NCBI RefSeq assembly: GCF_902713615.1
Contig: NC_052147.1
Span: 26,276,276 to 26,340,275, forward strand
Length of the DNA stretch: 64,000 bases
Reading direction: 5' to 3'
DNA from: Scyliorhinus canicula
Taxonomy: Eukaryota
The translations under genes and the position numbers were made by a program. The notes beneath the pieces were generated by a model. That model was not told where the DNA came from. It searched no databases and saw only the letters and a list, made by a program, of their open reading frames with translations. Positions 61,046 to 64,000 of this stretch are shown here, piece after piece (position 1 is the first letter of the stretch; each line of letters opens with the position of its first letter).

Positions 61046-61905
61046 CCTTCCTCAGGTGAATGAAGAGGTAGGTTCCAGAAACATATATGTCGACAAAGTC
61101 AAAAATGCAAGACGATACTTTGAATGCGAGCATTGGCAGATTGTCGCACAATGTCCGTTCATCCGTTGTCGCAGCGTCTGCATGGTCTCGCCAATGTACC
61201 ACACTTCGGGATATCCTTTCCTGCAGTGTATTAGGTAGACAACGTTGGCCAAGTCGCACGAGTATGTATCGCGTACCTGGTGGGTGGTGTTCTCACGTGT
61301 AATGGTGGTACCCATGTCGATGATCTGGCACGTCTTGCAGAGTTTGCCATGGCAGGGTTGTGTGGTATCGTGGTCGCTGTTCTGAAGGCTGGGTACTTTG
61401 CTGCAAACAATGGTTTGTTTGAGATTGCGCAGTTGTTTGAAGGCAAGTAGTGGGGGTGTGGGGATGGCCTTGGCAAGATGTTCATCTTCATCGATGACGT
61501 GTTGAAAATCGCCGCGCAGAAACGCATAACCAAGTTCCGCACACATGAGTACGGCCTCAACCGGGACCTGGGATTCATGTCGCATTACATTCATCCCCCA
61601 CCATCTGGCCTGGGCTTGCAAAATCCTACCAACTGTCCTGGCTTGAGACAATTCACACCTCTTTAACCTGGGGTTACCCCTATCTCTGGATCTGTAAAGA
61701 TTTAATTACCTGCAAATGCTTGCATTCAAAGTATCGTCTTGCATCTTTGACTTTGTCTATATGTATGTTTCTGGAACATACCTCTTCATTCACCTGAGGA
61801 AGGAGCAGTGCTCCGAAAGTTAGTGTTTGAAACAAACCTGTTGGACTTTAATTTGGTGTTGTAAGACTTCTTACTGTACTCACCCCAGCCGGCATCTCCA
61901 CATCA
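61046..61905. mobile_element. Penelope-like retroelement with inverted structure
   Basis: Minus 61140-61510 encodes CCHH-type linker and GIY-YIG (NVVYLIHC...WYIGET...RQRMNGH). Plus 61513-61905 encodes the C-terminus KFRTHEYGLNRDLGFMSHY and the pLTR. Inverted arms 61046-61139 and 61710-61803. Confidence 0.92.
61788..61828 (+). ncRNA. Minimal type I hammerhead ribozyme motif in the Penelope pLTR
   Basis: CAC-CTGAGGA-A-GGAGC-AGT-GCTCC-GAAA-G-TTA-GTG: CUGANGA and GAAA boxes, 5-bp stem II, CAC/GTG stem I. Confidence 0.75.
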
Positions 61906-61997
61906 GGTTTACAAACAGGCATTGTGAGAGAAACAGTAGCTGTGGTTTCTGACTCTGAGAGCTCAAAGCAGCAATAGAGCTGCTATATTACACTGTA

Positions 61998-62130
61998 CGG
62001 CAGTCTTGTGGCACATTGGTAGCATCCCTATCTCTGGGCCAGAAGCTCGTGGGTTCGAGTCTAACACCAGGACCTGTTGGCCATGGAAGTAGCGCTCAAT
62101 ACACAGCTGAAAATTGGCTTGGGAATCCTT
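61998..62130 (+). mobile_element. Old tRNA-derived SINE head
   Basis: A box gtggcacattgg and B box gggttcgagtc; no intact cloverleaf. Confidence 0.55.
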
Positions 62131-63629
62131 CCACTACTATTCCCTAAATGGAAAAATGTATGTGCGTGAAGATATGCTAAAATATTGCTCGACAGGAGTA
62201 GCATTTTTTCGACCTAATTGGTTGAACATGCAGTGAGCGCTGAACACTCGCAGAGGACTGCATTTCTGCTCTTTATTGAGTTGAAATGTTGTTCGCACGG
62301 CAGATAAACTTGCAAACCAGACATTTTCCTCATCTGGCTTCTATTCCTCTGCAGCGACCACCACTTGCTCCTCATAACTCCCATCATGCACTTTTCCACA
62401 TGCTGTTGACTGCACGGTTTGGAGTGGGTGATGGAGACGATGAGATAGCCCAGCTTTTGGTTCCTCGGTGGTAGGGGATGCGTTACGGTGGGAGCAGGTT
62501 GTGCAAAAAGGAAAAGGAACAGATGTTAATTTGCAGCAGCATCAACTCTGATATTGTGTAAATACTGTTTGACTCTGTGGTCACAGCTTGATCTGTTACC
62601 TGGCTGAAAAGGGTCAGACTTCTTCTGGAGAAGCTCATCTCACTACCCTCAATCCAGTGTCAGCTCAGACCTTACAACTGAACTTACACTCCACAAGCTG
62701 AACTCATTTCACAGCATTGCCAATTAACCTTTCTGCATTCTGAAATGCACTTGAAGATGTTCCTGTTTACCGCCATGTCTTGACTGAAATGAAGTACATT
62801 GGCTTGAAAACTTGATTCACCACAGCTAACAATTGAGGTATTGATTTGGGCCCATCTCTCATTTCAAACCTCGCCAAAGTAAATTAATGCTGTGGTTACA
62901 GGGGGATTAGCTGCAATTTTGCAATATCACAATGCCAGGTGCAAACATACGCTTGTGTTAGTGAGCTTATAAATCAAAAGAAGAGAAAATTGCAAATTGC
63001 TGAGTAATGAAGGAAAACTGGTATGTATACGAGTACCTGATCATATTTCTCAAAAATGTCTCACAAGTAGATCACAAACGTGGAACAAAGCATTGGGATT
63101 GAAAACCAGAAAGTGGAAAAAACAAAAAAAAAATACTTTTTAAAATCCTGATGAGAATGGAGAAGTTGGCCAGAAGCAAAAAGAAAGAGCTCAAGGATGG
63201 ATAAAATAATATTTTAAAGGTGGCCTGCCAAAATATTCTTGAAAATGATGGACACTGTTATATGAACTCTGAAAACATTTTGGACAAATATATTTTGCAT
63301 TACTTTACGGAACCATAAGCCCTTTTAAGACCAAAACGTTGAAACTTTATTAAAAGGTAAATGGGGGAAAACCACATGAAGATATGAAGGGTGGCACTCT
63401 TCCCTCCCCCCCCCCCCCTCTCCCCCACCCAGCATTTCCCTCCCCCCTCCCCTCATGGCATGTTTTCCAGTCACGGAGGCGCCTGCCAGTGGCTTCCAAT
63501 GGGTCCTTCCAGAGTGGAAGCGATTCTTGGCTGTCAAAAGATGGGGAAAAAATTGGAACTTCCCTCTACCATCACTATTTGTAGCTCTGGACTCGAAAAT
63601 GCATGTACAGGAGCAGGTTACCACAGCAA

Positions 63630-63815
63630 CCTGGCCTCCTTGGGTTGACTTAGTTGGCTGAATGGCCAGTGTGGATCAGATTGGTGCCAACATCATGGGG
63701 TTCAATCCCCATTCCGGTTGGGTTGGATTCAGGATCTGCCTCCTTGCCCTTCTTATGATAGAGGTCGCGGACCTATGGGCCAGAGCTGCCTTCGGGAAGA
63801 GTACTGATGAAGAAG
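63630..63815 (+). mobile_element. Old tRNA-derived SINE
   Basis: gacttagttgg A box and gggttcaatcccc B box. Confidence 0.5.
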
Positions 63816-63929
63816 ACTTTGAAAAGCTGGAGAAAGGGTGCCTCCATCTTGAAGTGCCTTTCTCCCTTGCTTACATTTCAGTACAGCCTCTGAAGCTGGA
63901 AGGACTCTGAACACAAGAACTCAAAGCAA

Positions 63930-64000
63930 CCACGTTAAAGTCCAACGGGTTTGTTTCAAACATTAGCTTTCGGAGGAACAGTTGGGGTTGTAAGACTTCT
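63930..64000. mobile_element. Short inverted Penelope pLTR fragment running off the window
   Basis: Reverse complement of about 61811-61856 (ctccgaaagcta...ggactttaac), followed by plus-strand gttgtaagacttct. Confidence 0.8.

Noticed and set aside
61052-61651. 199-aa ORF as an intact GIY-YIG gene
   Set aside because: It spans the inversion junction (about 61511) and a deletion (about 61140); only the middle is true coding sequence.
1-64000. CRISPR array, prokaryotic operons or defence systems
   Set aside because: The sequence is vertebrate; there is no regularly spaced repeat-spacer array and no dense gene organisation.

Overview
This is eukaryotic, repeat-dense vertebrate DNA. The HE1/V-SINE, CR1, L1, Penelope and Harbinger-type repeat repertoire points to an elasmobranch, probably a catshark-like species (inference). 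I could not recognise any host protein-coding exon, rRNA, true tRNA gene or CRISPR array, and every ORF I can identify is transposon-derived. Main contents: (1) a deleted Gypsy LTR element (289-3154, minus strand) whose primer-binding position is complementary to its own LTR, suggesting self-priming; (2) a unique CpG-island-like stretch (about 3155-4270); (3) a full-length but mutated L1 with a 14-bp TSD (10605-16268); (4) CR1, L2 and Tx1 fragments; (5) more than 20 tRNA-derived SINEs that mix heads and tails, including an A-tailed V-SINE subfamily with 11-16 bp TSDs; (6) a Harbinger-like element carrying only an intron-containing Myb/SANT gene, plus many GC-rich MITEs; (7) a second, TSD-bounded Gypsy relic (56702-59717); (8) an inverted Penelope element with a GIY-YIG fragment and a minimal hammerhead ribozyme. 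Coordinates were read by eye and boundaries of old repeats are approximate.
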